A stretch of 63,770 nucleotides of DNA, the filler included, from Chiloscyllium plagiosum (taxonomy: Eukaryota): the NCBI RefSeq assembly GCF_004010195.1. It is 5 parts of one record of this genome, joined end to end, with 100 filler letters (N's around TTAATTAATTAA, not from the genome) between each part and the next. Parts side by side here need not be neighbours in the genome. Positions count along the whole stretch, not along the records: positions 38,007 to 57,591 come from NC_057716.1; positions 57,692 to 63,770 come from NC_057716.1; 3 more parts are not named here. One strand, given 5' to 3'. Every line of letters begins with the position of its first letter. Position 1 is the first letter of the stretch. The notes under the pieces were generated by a model. That model saw nothing but the letters and a program-made list of their open reading frames with translations, was not told where the DNA came from and ran no database searches. Positions 52,153-63,272 of the stretch are shown piece by piece. The position numbers were made by a program, and so were the translations under genes.

Positions 52153-53649
52153 TCTATCCATTTCATCTTGCTTAGAAGAGTCCTTCTTTTGCATCGCTTT
52201 CTGAAGCTGAGAGAGAGAGAATGAAGGGCCTTTAGTATTCTAGTTACTATCAATTGTTTTCACACTTGTTCACCTAAGGCTGTTGTTAATATACTATTTC
52301 TTTATGAATTATGGAACGTGAATCAATGTTTCATTCCAAGCTGGATAGGTGCAGATAACTTTTCGTTTCTCAATACGTCAAGGTTTTATGAATGTGAGAG
52401 TAAATCAAGCCATGCAAATTTCTAGGATACTCACGGAGTATTGGTGCCTCTTGATTAAAATGGTAATTCCCATTCAGCTGGTTTTGTATATTCCATGTGC
52501 TTTGTTTGGGCTTGTCAGATGATCATGACAGACATTTTAAGTTAATAACGTCTTTTAAAACCATTTTTAATCTGTGAAATTCCCAGATATTGTCAAATGA
52601 TGAAAGTTGAATATTCATGATGAATTTTCATTAGACTCATACAAGATGGCTTATGTCACACCAGCAATTCTCAATGAAAAGGTCAAGAGCAATAAAGAGG
52701 CCAGAAGGACCAATTCAAAAAGCTGAGGCTGATTTTACTGGCTGCATGGGGAATGTAGAGCATAAGAGCATAACCCTAAGAAGTTTAATAAGGGTTCAAT
52801 CAATTAAGACTGAGACGTGTAGAAATTTCTTCACTTAGTGCTTTGAATCTTCAGAATTTTTTTTCAGAGGGTTGTGGTTCCAGTGTTTAGTATATTTAAG
52901 GCTGAGATCAATTTTTGGTGTTTTCGTGAATAATGAGATATGGGGAGCAGGCATGATAGTTGAAGTAGAAGATGTGATTGGATTAAATGGCTGAATAACT
53001 TCAATAGTTATTTATTCTTGCACTCATTCAATTTATATTGCATTCTTGTGGTATACCAGTTATAACGCAACAGGCAAATTCATTTTATTTCTTTCTGGAG
53101 AGTCTCTTTCTACACTCTCAGAACATTGAAGTTTGTGAGAGATGGACTGTATAAAGAACAAAATATGCTTTCAAGATGTGCAATCCATTTTTTAATCATG
53201 TTGCAAATTAATTTCAGAAATCTATTGTGATAGATAATAAGACTATTGTGGTAGATGCATGTCGTATGATACTTCTTAAAATGAAAGGCATCCTCAGTCT
53301 CTTGTTTAATACGTCACACTGATCCATCAAAAGAAATTCAATAAGAAGTCTGAATCTGCTACTTTTTTCGGTTTCTCTCCTACCATCTTTTCTGAAACTT
53401 TTTCGGTACTAAAGCAACCTTGGACCTCAAACCTTCCTTACTGGTATCCTGTGCTGTACCATTCGTAAACTTCCTCTTGCCAAAAATATTACTGCTCCTA
53501 TTATATTCTGTAATGTAATATATTCCAACCATTTGCTTGCCAACTTTCTCTGATGTGAGCCCAGTATATTGACTTTATAATCCTTATCTTTGTTTCAAAA
53601 TGTATAACTTTTACCCATTTCCCAGTTTTACTATTGTTTTCTTTTTTAG

Positions 53650-53715
53650 GATATGAAGTTCTATTAAATTTTGAGAGACCAATGAACCATGTATTTGGTA
53701 ATAGAGACCCTTGAA
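53650..53715 (+). other. Candidate 66-nt non-coding internal exon
   Basis: Acceptor ttttactattgttttcttttttag|G and donor GAA|GTAAGT; stops in all three frames. Confidence 0.35.
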
Positions 53716-53805
53716 GTAAGTAGTAACATTACTTTCAATGCTAAAGAATATTTGGTACAAAATAGTCCACAAGAAGGGGTTGGCAATCTACTTAGATAGT
53801 TCTTA

Positions 53806-54235
53806 CAGGTAGTTCTCCTGTAATGCCGTAGTTGTATTCCAGTGGACTTGCTTAATAGAAATAATGGAGCCTGTGTGAAAAGTGGGGTGAGGGGCAGACC
53901 AGCAAAAATTATCACTCACCGTCGCTCAAAAATAATTCAAAAGTCTAATGTAGGGTATAGCACAGCCTGAATGAAGGAACAAATCATATTTATTAATGAA
54001 ACAAAAGTCAATTTAACACAGTGCATTTAAAACACGTAAGAAAACTGCCCTCTGTGCAATGCCTTTCACAGAAAGCTGCTCTGTTGGCAGCTGAAATCAG
54101 TGCATGCACAGTACGGCACGGACCGATCCCTGCTGGAATCGCCCTAAGCACTCTTGAAAATACCATTCCTTAATTCTTCAGCGATATTATAGCCAAATCG
54201 TGCTGGTGAAATGTATGTTATCCCAGAACTACCTG
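53806..54235. mobile_element. Tc1/mariner-pogo (Tigger-like) MITE
   Basis: TA|CAGGTAGTTCT ... AGAACTACCTG|TA: perfect 11-bp terminal inverted repeat plus TA duplication. Confidence 0.85.
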
Positions 54236-54294
54236 TATTTAAATTTTGATTCTGTATTGCTTTATTTTCATTTGTATCTGCCCTAATTGAGTTC

Positions 54295-55732
54295 ATTTTT
54301 AAATTAATTTGGGAATGTGAGTGTTGCTGGTTGGGCTATTATTTATTGCCTATCCCTAATTATCTTTGAAAAGGTGATGGTGAGCTGTCATCTTGAACTG
54401 CTGCAGTTCATGTGGTGTAGGTAGATCCACAATACTTTTGGGACTGGAGTTCCAGAATTTTGACCCAGCAATTTGTGAAGGAATGCCAATGTATTTAAGT
54501 TGGGATTGTGAATGACTCTGAGGGAAACGTGCAGGGGCAGGTTCTCCTATGTAATTGTTGCCATTATCTTTCTAGTTGTTGGTTATGGTCATGAGTTTGG
54601 ATGGTGCTATCTAAGGATTTTTGGTGAATTCCTGCAGTGAACCTTGTAGATGATATGCACTGTTGCTACGAAGCATTGGTGGTCGAGGGACCAAATGTTC
54701 ATGGATGTGGTGCCAATCAAGCAGGCTGCTTTGCCCTGAATGTTGTCCCGTGTCTGGAGTGTGTTTGGAGTTGCACTCCCCCAGGAAAGTGGGGAGTCTT
54801 CACTAAACATTTGACTTGTGCCTTGTAGATGGTGGAAAGGCTGTGGCAAATCAAAGTATAGATAACTCGCTGTAGGATTCCTGGTCTCCAATCTGCTTTG
54901 GTAGACACTATTTATATGGTTAGCCCAATTTAGTTTCTGGTCAATGGCAGGTTACTCATAGGGATTCAGTAATGGTAATGCCATTGAATGTCAAGAGGAG
55001 ATGACTGGATTCCCTATTGTTGGAAATGGTCATTGTCTTAACATGTGTGGCATGAATGTTACTTGCCACTTATTAACCTAAACCTGGATATTGTCCAAGT
55101 CTTTCTGCCTTTGGACATGAACCACTTCAGTACCTGAGGAGTTGCAAATGGGGCTGTTTATGCACAATCATTGGCGAACATCATCATAATATCAGATGTG
55201 AGGGAGGGAAGGTCAGCTGAAGATGGTTTGGCCTAGGCAGTATTGAGGAACTCCATCAGAGATGTCTCTGAGTTGAGATGACTGATCTCAAGCAACCACA
55301 ATAATTTTCCTTTGTACAATTGGTTCTGCTGCAATGAATATTTCTTCAACGCGAATTGGCTTTAATGTGATTGAAGAATTTAGACCGTTATTTCTAGTAG
55401 GTGAACTTTCCTTACCTGTATTGGCTATAACATGATTCCAACTCAATTAGTTTAAATGGCGCTGCTATTACGTGATTTCCTCATAACACGAGATCAAAAT
55501 TATCACGTTATATCAGAACCAATTGTGCTACATATCACTCCACCTAATGGAGAGTTTTTCCCTGGATTCCCATTGACTCAGTGTTGCTAGGGATCCTTGA
55601 TGATATAGTTGGCGAAAAGCATCTTGACGCCTAGGGCAGTTGCTCTCACTTCACCTCTGGTATTCAGCTCTTTTATCTATGTTTGAACCAAGGCTGTAAT
55701 TAGGTAATCAGGAGCTGAATTGCCCTGGCTGA
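54295..55732 (-). mobile_element. CR1-type LINE fragment
   Basis: HSLSTIYKAQV and DNIQGKAACLIG remnants (ORFs 54607..54891, 54717..54908). Confidence 0.85.
55317..55525. mobile_element. Tigger/pogo-like MITE nested in CR1
   Basis: TA|CAATTGGTTCTG ... CAGAACCAATTG|TG; host LINE resumes on both sides. Confidence 0.8.
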
Positions 55733-55747
55733 ACATGAATAGGAGTA

Positions 55748-55876
55748 GGAGAAAGTGAGGTCTGCAGATGCTAGAGATCAAAGTTGAAACTTTATTGCTG
55801 GAACAGCACAGCAGGTCAGGCAGTATCCAGGGAACAGGAGATTCGACGTTTCGGGCACAGGCCCTTCTTCAGGAAT
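55748..55876 (-). mobile_element. Short PLE tail insertion
   Basis: Matches 56999-57129 with 2 mismatches; probable 7-bp TSD gagtagg (55743-55749, 55877-55883). Confidence 0.88.
55841..55876 (-). ncRNA. Minimal type I hammerhead ribozyme motif, intact
   Basis: AUUC-CUGAAGA-A-GGGC-cugu-GCCC-GAAA-CG-UC^GAAU: 4-bp stem I, 4-bp stem II, palindromic ACGU stem III, GUC cleavage triplet. Confidence 0.78.
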
Positions 55877-56998
55877 GAGTAGGCCATTCAATCCTTTATC
55901 ATTCAGTAAGACCATGGCTAATTATCCACTCAGTACCTTGTTTCTGTTGTCAGGTACATGTTATAGTTATAATGGAATAGCTTGGCCGGAGGTACAGCAA
56001 GTTCTGGACTATACATCGTTAGAATGTTAGGGCGTGGAATGGCCAATTGAGCCAAATCAGCCTTTGTACCTCTGTATTTGCAATGCAGTAAAAATAAAAC
56101 CTTCAAAGATCTTCAAAATTGACCTCCATGGTTTTGAACCAGACCTTTTGAATAACCAATCCCAGAGTTGCCAAATAATCAATTCTTAATATCGAACTTT
56201 GTAGCTTAACTAAAAATCTTTATCTGTCTGAGAAAGGATATTGCCTGCAGTGACCCACATATTTTAGTTGGGCAGTTGGGATCCCTTGTCTTTCCGATGG
56301 ACAGTTTGCTGTATTCCACGAAAGTTAATTTTGCAGGTGAAGGGCGGATTTTCTCCTGGATCATCTTGTGTTGCTGAATGGTCTTCAGTGAAATTCTTCC
56401 CTGCTGGGCTGTCTTCCAGGCGTGTTTTTATTCCCCATTTGTACCAGCCCTTCCAAAATGTTCTGTGGCCTTTGGCCAATGGGGTCATGAGTTAGATTCA
56501 AATGGATGTTTTGCCAATATCCGTCACTGTTGCCATGTGTAAAATACACTTGCTTAGGCAGTCAAGCTGTCAGAATATCTGATCGATCCTTCTTCAATAC
56601 GCAACACAAGGGCTGGTTGTAACTGGTTCTCCTTGAACCCTTGTAACCTTTTTGATCCTGGTTTTTCCAGCTCATAGCTGCTGTTTAGTTTAGTTTGGCC
56701 AATTTTCCATTGGCTGATTTTCTTCCAGCTGTTGGTCAATTAACAATGCTCCATTTTGGGCCTGTGGTTGTTTGACCACAACAGTAAACGCAGCAGAACA
56801 AAAATTAAACAATAAAGTAATCTATTTGGTTTGTGCTTTAAGCTTAATTACCTTTGTTTTCAACCCCAGTCATATTAAAATCAGACAAACAGCCACTGTT
56901 TAAGGGATAAACAAAAGAAAGTAACAAAACTTTTCACGATTCACAGTCATTTCACCAGCATACATGATCATTTCTTGGTTGATTCTCTGAAGATGTTG

Positions 56999-57312
56999 GA
57001 GGAGAAAGTGAGGTCTGCAGATGCTGGAGATCAAAGTTGAAACTTTATTGCTGGAACAGCACAGCAGGTCAGGCAGTATCCAGAGAACAGGAGATTCGAC
57101 GTTTCGGGCACAGGCCCTTCTTCAGGAATGAGCAGAGAGTGTTCAGCAGGAGAAGATAAAAGGTAGGGAGGAGGGACTTGGAGGAGGGGCGTTGGAAATG
57201 TGATAGGTGGAAAGAGGTCAAGGTGAGGGTGATAGGTCGGAGTAGGATGGAGGCGGAGAGGTCAAGAAGAAGACTGCAGGTCAGGAAGGCGGTGCCGGGC
57301 TGGAGGGATCCG
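56999..57312 (-). mobile_element. 5'-truncated PLE 3' end
   Basis: Tail plus hammerhead plus purine-rich segment similar to 63405-63620. Confidence 0.88.
57094..57129 (-). ncRNA. Minimal type I hammerhead ribozyme motif, intact
   Basis: Identical 36 nt to 55841-55876. Confidence 0.78.
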
Positions 57313-57316
57313 GCTG

Positions 57317-57472
57317 GCAGACGACCTGCCCTCCCCCTGTCTGTATTCCATTGCAGACGCTCTGCCCTCCCACTGTCTGTATCCCATTACCGACGATCTG
57401 CCCTCCCCTGTCTGTATCTCATTGCAGACGATCTGACCCTCCCCCTGTCTGTATCCCATTGCAGACGCTCTG
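57317..57472. repeat. Minisatellite, ~36 bp x 4.3
   Basis: gcagacgMtctgccctccccctgtctgtatcccatt units at 57317, 57353, 57389, 57424, 57461. Confidence 0.95.
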
Positions 57473-57591
57473 TCTCCATTTGACATCTTATTGAATGACT
57501 ATCCTGGTGCATGAGCAAACTGAGCTCCATCTCCTTCATCCGGTTCATTAGAATAGATTGCAATTTGTTGATGATCTCATACAGATCCCTG

Positions 57592-57691
57592 NNNNNNNNN
57601 NNNNNNNNNNNNNNNNNNNNNNNNNNNNNNNNNNNTTAATTAATTAANNNNNNNNNNNNNNNNNNNNNNNNNNNNNNNNNNNNNNNNNNNN
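57592..57691. other. Artificial scaffold linker
   Basis: 44 N + TTAATTAATTAA + 44 N. Confidence 0.97.
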
Positions 57692-58768
57692 TATTTTTTG
57701 CAGTAGTTTACCATGGGGAACCTTATCAAACGCCTTACTAAAATCCATATATACCACATCTACCGCTTTCCCCTCATTAACCTCCTTCGTCACCTTTTCA
57801 AAGAATTCAATAAGGTTTGTGAGGCACGACTTGCCCTTCACAAAACCATGCTGACTATCCTTGATCACATTATTCCTATCCAGATGTTCATAAATCCTAT
57901 CCCTTACAATTCTCTCTAAGACTTTGCCCACAACGGAAGTGAGACTCACCGGCCTATAGTTACTCGGGTTATCCCTACTCCCCTTTTTGAACAAGGGAAC
58001 CACATTTGCTATCCTCCAGTCTTCTGGGACTACTCCTGTAGGCAAAGAGGACATAAAAATCAAGGCCAATGGCTCTGCAATCTCCTCCCTTGCTTCCCCG
58101 AGAATCCTAGGATAAATGCCATCAGGCCCAGGTGACTTATCTATTTTCACCTTTTCCAGGATTTCCAACACCTCTTCTCTACATACCTCAAAGCCATCCA
58201 TTCTACTTATTTGTGCTTCAGTATTCTCATCGACAACAATGCCCTGTTCCTGAGTGAATACTGAAGAAAAGTATTCATTCAGTGTCTCCCCAATCTCTTC
58301 CGCCTCCACACGCAACTTCCCACTACTATCCTTGACTGGACCTATTCCTACCCTAGTCATTCTTTTATTCCTAACATACCTATAGAAAGCCTTAGGGTTT
58401 TCCCTAATCCTACCGACTAAGGACCTTTCATGTCCCCTCCTTGCTGCTCTTAGCTCTCTCTTCAGGTCCTTCCTGGCTACCCTATAACTCTCAATCGCCC
58501 CAATTGAACCTTCACGTCTCATCTTGAGATAGGCCGCCCTCTTCCATTTAACAAGGGATTCCAATTCCTTATTAAACCACGGCTCCCTCGCACGACCCTT
58601 TCCTCCCTGCCTGACAGGTACATAATTATCAAGGACACTCAATAGTTGCTCCTTGAACAAGCTCCACATATCATTTACACTCTTGCCTTGGAGTCTACTT
58701 TTCCAAGCCACACATCCTAAGTCATGCCTCACCGCATCATAATTTCCCTGACCCCAGCTATAACTCTT
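57692..58768 (-). mobile_element. Young CR1 LINE ORF2 segment (linker plus N-terminal RT), frame intact
   Basis: ORF 57644..58792: KSPGPDGIYP, ANVVPLFKKG, NYRPVSLTS, QHGFVKGKSCLTNL, DFSKAFDKVPH with no stops up to the gap. Confidence 0.96.
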
Positions 58769-58971
58769 GAGTTGGTTGTTGAACTCTGTCAAGTTTTTTT
58801 AACCTGTTGTCAAAGCCGTAACTTCATCCAATAGTACTGAGCTGAGGCGTGTTTCACTTATCACCAACTTGAGTTGGTTGTTGAACTCTGTCAAGTTTTT
58901 TTAACCTGTTGTCAAAGCCGTAACTTCATCCAATAGTACTGAGCTGAGGCGTGTTTCACTTATCACCAACT
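58766..58971. repeat. Perfect 102-bp tandem duplication
   Basis: 58766-58867 equals 58868-58969. Confidence 0.97.
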
Positions 58972-61724
58972 CAAACTGTACCACATTCAATTAGCAATCA
59001 GGGTTGGTTTGAGCATTATGTCCTGCTGTATGAGGCATTGTGGCCACTGCAAGTTGTTCTTCCATGTAACAAACCAGATGTGACATCCAAATAGTTGTTT
59101 TGACTTCTAGTTTCAGTTAAAGTAAACTTGTCTAATGCCTGTTGTTTATTTCAATTAGGTTTTTATTTTAAACTATTTATTTAATGGACAAATGTAAAAA
59201 GAAAAGGCTGTGGAGTCTCTCATGAGATATGTTCATTGCTAACTTTGTGTTAACAAATACTTATCAAGTTCTGGAAAATGAAATAAATTTCCAGGCTTTC
59301 AGCAATGGACCAGGAAGCCCCTTTTAGGCCAGTTGCTTTCAATGCAGAACGTGGTTGTCTTATACAAAACTGATTTAATGCTGTTGCCTGAGGTTATTTC
59401 ACTCCTGGTAATCAATGGTTTGCAAAGTAAAGTAGTTGCTTCATAAATATACTTAATTAAATAAGAGCTTAGAATTATAAAATTTAAATGAAATAAATGT
59501 ACATGTTAAAAATGATATTGACTGGATTTTTTCTATGCATTTGAAATTGGCCATGTGTTACTCAATACAATAACTTTTTCAGGGCATGATGCAGCTGAAG
59601 GAAATGAATGTACAAAATATGAATAAATAACTGAATATGCAATTGTGGAAAAACAAACAGACTAAACTGGAAGAAATTATTATTTTCGTAATCTTAAAAG
59701 TAACAGAATTTGAAAAAAGCTGTATAACTATGACTTTCACCTTCCCTTTGAAGTGGAAAAGTCCCTGTGGGCTCATGCCATTCTTGTACAATATATGGCA
59801 AAAATATAATTTTGGCACTCAGCTGAATTTCACATCTGGTGCCAATTATCTGTCGAATAGGGCTCTGAGGCTAGAGAGTCCAAATGCATTGACAGTTTCA
59901 CTCAACTGATAAGGGCTTATCTAGAAATAAATAAATGTTACAATACTGGTACACACCAATTTACTGGGGAGGTGACGACCTAGTGGTAATATCATTGAAC
60001 TGGTAGTCCAGAATGAGTCAAGTGGTTTTTACAATGATTGATAATAGTTGTTGATGCTGTCCAAGATAGGAAGAGAACATGGAAAAGCAGCAACCTCCCT
60101 GAGAAAATCAAATTGTGAGTCTACCAAGCCTGCATTCTCAATATACTCCTCTGCAGTGCTGAGATCTGAACAGCATATGGTCGGCAGGAGAATAAGTTGA
60201 TAAGTTTTCACGTTCATTATATCAAACACAACTTTATCACCTTTTGGCAGAGCAAGGTCACCACTTCAGAAGCCCTTAAGCATGGTAATCCCATCAGCAT
60301 ACACTCATTGCAAAACTCACAAAGTCTGCACTGGTTCAACCACAAATCCCAGAGGGCCTGGAGAAAACAGAGGCCAGTAAATAATGCACCTCCCTAACCC
60401 ATTACCTTCCTCTGAAGTTAATGCTGTATTGGCTAGAACTGTGCAAACCATTATCTTACATGATAGAAGAGTGCTGTAATTTGGTAGATATCACAAATAC
60501 CATTACTAAGGTGTGTTTTGTATTCCAGATTTGTACATGAAATTTCACGAAATGTCATGGTCTGTTTTAAAGCCATTTTTCCAAGGTTTATCCTAGATCT
60601 CTCAGAGATATTATTACTACACCATCATCTCCCTAACTTTAGTTACTTCCATTGTAATGCCAAAAGGAGCAGAAATGCTTTTCCAGATCCTACAAATACA
60701 TTTATATCTCCATGATCCTGCTACTTCTCCTTATCACAAGCATACCTGCCCAATCTCATAATAATGCTGTATTATAAGAGCAACTTGAACAAAATATATT
60801 GCCCCTAGAACTGTCCTCCATTTGTCTGGATGGAGAATGTTAGCATGAATACTGCATTGTGTTTGAACAACAACATGCTCTACCACAAGAATGATCAATA
60901 CAGACGAATGAGGAGATCAGACCAGATAGGACTTTTTTCAATGCAATTCTTTTTGCTGGTAAGGGTACCCCTTTGGAGATTGGGGGAACTCCTGGAGATA
61001 TGATTCTCATACGTATTGAGGGTGGGTGGGCAGCAACACTTTCAAGCTTGTGGCATCAGGTATCCCATGTTGTCATGACCTGTTGAGACCTGTCATGAGC
61101 TGTCAATTACAATCAAAATGTGATTTTATTAATGAGATTGCTTTTTTTAGTGGAATGTGGTCTGCAATATAGAACTCTATTGGTCCTCCTGTATGCATGG
61201 TCACTTGTGGATACTCGATGAATTGGCATGGTAGGTGAAGCGATAAAGATTTGATGGAAGTAGGCACAAAGCTGTCATGGGGGTATGAAAGGTCATGAAG
61301 ATGGGTAGAAAGGCATTAGGTTGTACGGCTTAGGGGCTATAGAGGCCATGGGGATGGGTAAATAGGAATAAGGTGGCACAAGAGGCACAAAGGATTGTGG
61401 GGAACTGGCATGGGGGCATGAGCAGCCATGAGAATGGGTAGAAGGGCAAAGAGTGGCTTGGATTAGGAAAGGGGAATATGTAGGGTAAAGAGGGGGTGTG
61501 CAGAAAAGAAACATTATGTTTCCACCTTTATTTTTAAATGTTGACTCAAGGCAGCATTTTCATGCAGCCCACCTCAGAAACTAGCAACCTCACCCAGCCC
61601 AACACCCAATCCTGCCTACCCACTCACCCACCCTGGCCCAATTAACAGAACTGTTAACTGCTATTTTTTAAAGGTTGTGTTTGCAGAGCTAAGATTTCTC
61701 CTAACCTCCCTGTCTCCATTGCCT

Positions 61725-62095
61725 CAATGTAACCTACCTCCACCATGCTTCCAGGCAGTGCATTCAACACTCTAATTACTCACTGAGTGAAAAAGTTTAT
61801 TCTTACTTCACCCTTGCTTCTTTTGCATATCACTTTAAATCTGTGCCCTCTTGCTTTTGTCCCGATATGAGCAGGAAAAGCTTCTCCCGAACTACTCTAT
61901 CCAGCCTGCTCATGATAATGAAACTCTCCTCTTGGACCTCCTTTTAACCTTCTTCTTCTTCAAGGAGAACAGACCTAACTCCTTCAACCTATTCTCGTAA
62001 TTAAAGTTCCTTGTTCTTGTAAACCATTTTTGTACTATCTCCAATATGTTCCCGATATTCTGATAATGTGGTGCCCAGAACAGTAGTTTTACAGT
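61725..62095 (-). mobile_element. Old CR1 3' fragment
   Basis: FWAPHYQNIGNILEIVQKWFTR..YENRLKELGLFSL (ORF 61910..62152). Confidence 0.8.
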
Positions 62096-63272
62096 ATAGC
62101 ACAAAAGCTGAATTACCCCAATATGTGGAAGCATTAAGTGTTGATATAGCATTTAAACATTCCTATCAAAGTATCATATCAGCGTATGACAACTGTACAT
62201 GACAATTCAAGTGCCTAATGCACTTTCAATGTGCAAATTAAGGATTAGCTGGTGCAGGAATAGCTATGTTAATCTTTCCTCTGAGGAAACCTGATTCTGC
62301 TGTGGAAGAAGTGGGTTCATTAAAAATGCAAAAATGAGCTTGAGAAGTTTGCTTTTCTTACTTTTTGAAGGGAAATTTCAAACTTCTCATTCCACTAAAA
62401 TATGTCTTTTTTTAGTCATTTTAGCTTTTTAAGGCACTTTTTATACCAGCTTTGTTGATTACATTGCAGTACTTTCAAACATTGCTAATCTGTGGTTTCA
62501 AGGCAAAGTATCTGTTTTCCATTGATTTATCTTCTTTCACTCAGCCCAAACTGGGCATGGACAATTCAAATAAGGAGAGTTTACCCACTGTGATCCTATT
62601 TTTTTTTGTTGTGTCCTAAGATTGAAAAGTTGAAGAGGACACTCACAGAAATTTAGCAGAAATATTAGACAGCAGGCAGAACAATGGGATGTTAACCTGA
62701 GCTACATTCCTCATTGATATCAGGAATAAATTCTTGGCAAATGATGACACAGGTAGGCGGCATCAGCACTAATACATGAATTGCTCCCCTGATCCCTAAT
62801 ATTGAGCCTGAGACCTCAATGAGACAGTGGGCTTCCACGAACAACTTGCAAGTGAGACATATTTGAATATCAAACCACTAGCCTCAGACAAACAATCAAG
62901 GCAATCATACTCTTATTCCAGATTCAGGACTTCTTTAAAAACAATAATTTCATTGGCATCTTATAAGGACTACTGACAGTTAATGACCAGTTCAGGCTTG
63001 GGCATGGGGAATGCTAATTTTCAGCACTTTACCAATTTCACAGATGGCTTGCTTCCAGTTCATAATGTGCTCACCCCTACTGCCCACCATTTTGGATGCT
63101 TAGAACACTACTTAGGCATCTGGAAAAGGGAGCTGTGTAGCTGAATTTTGAGGTCATTCTTCTACTGGACTGAGAGGTGTTCCAGTGTCTGTGACAGATG
63201 AAGCAAATAAACATTTGCAAAAGTCATTTCCATCACTAGTTCTTCTTGGAACAAGTCACCAGCCTGTCACCA

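Noticed and set aside
57317..57472. 36-bp repeats as a CRISPR array
   Set aside because: Head-to-tail minisatellite without unique spacers
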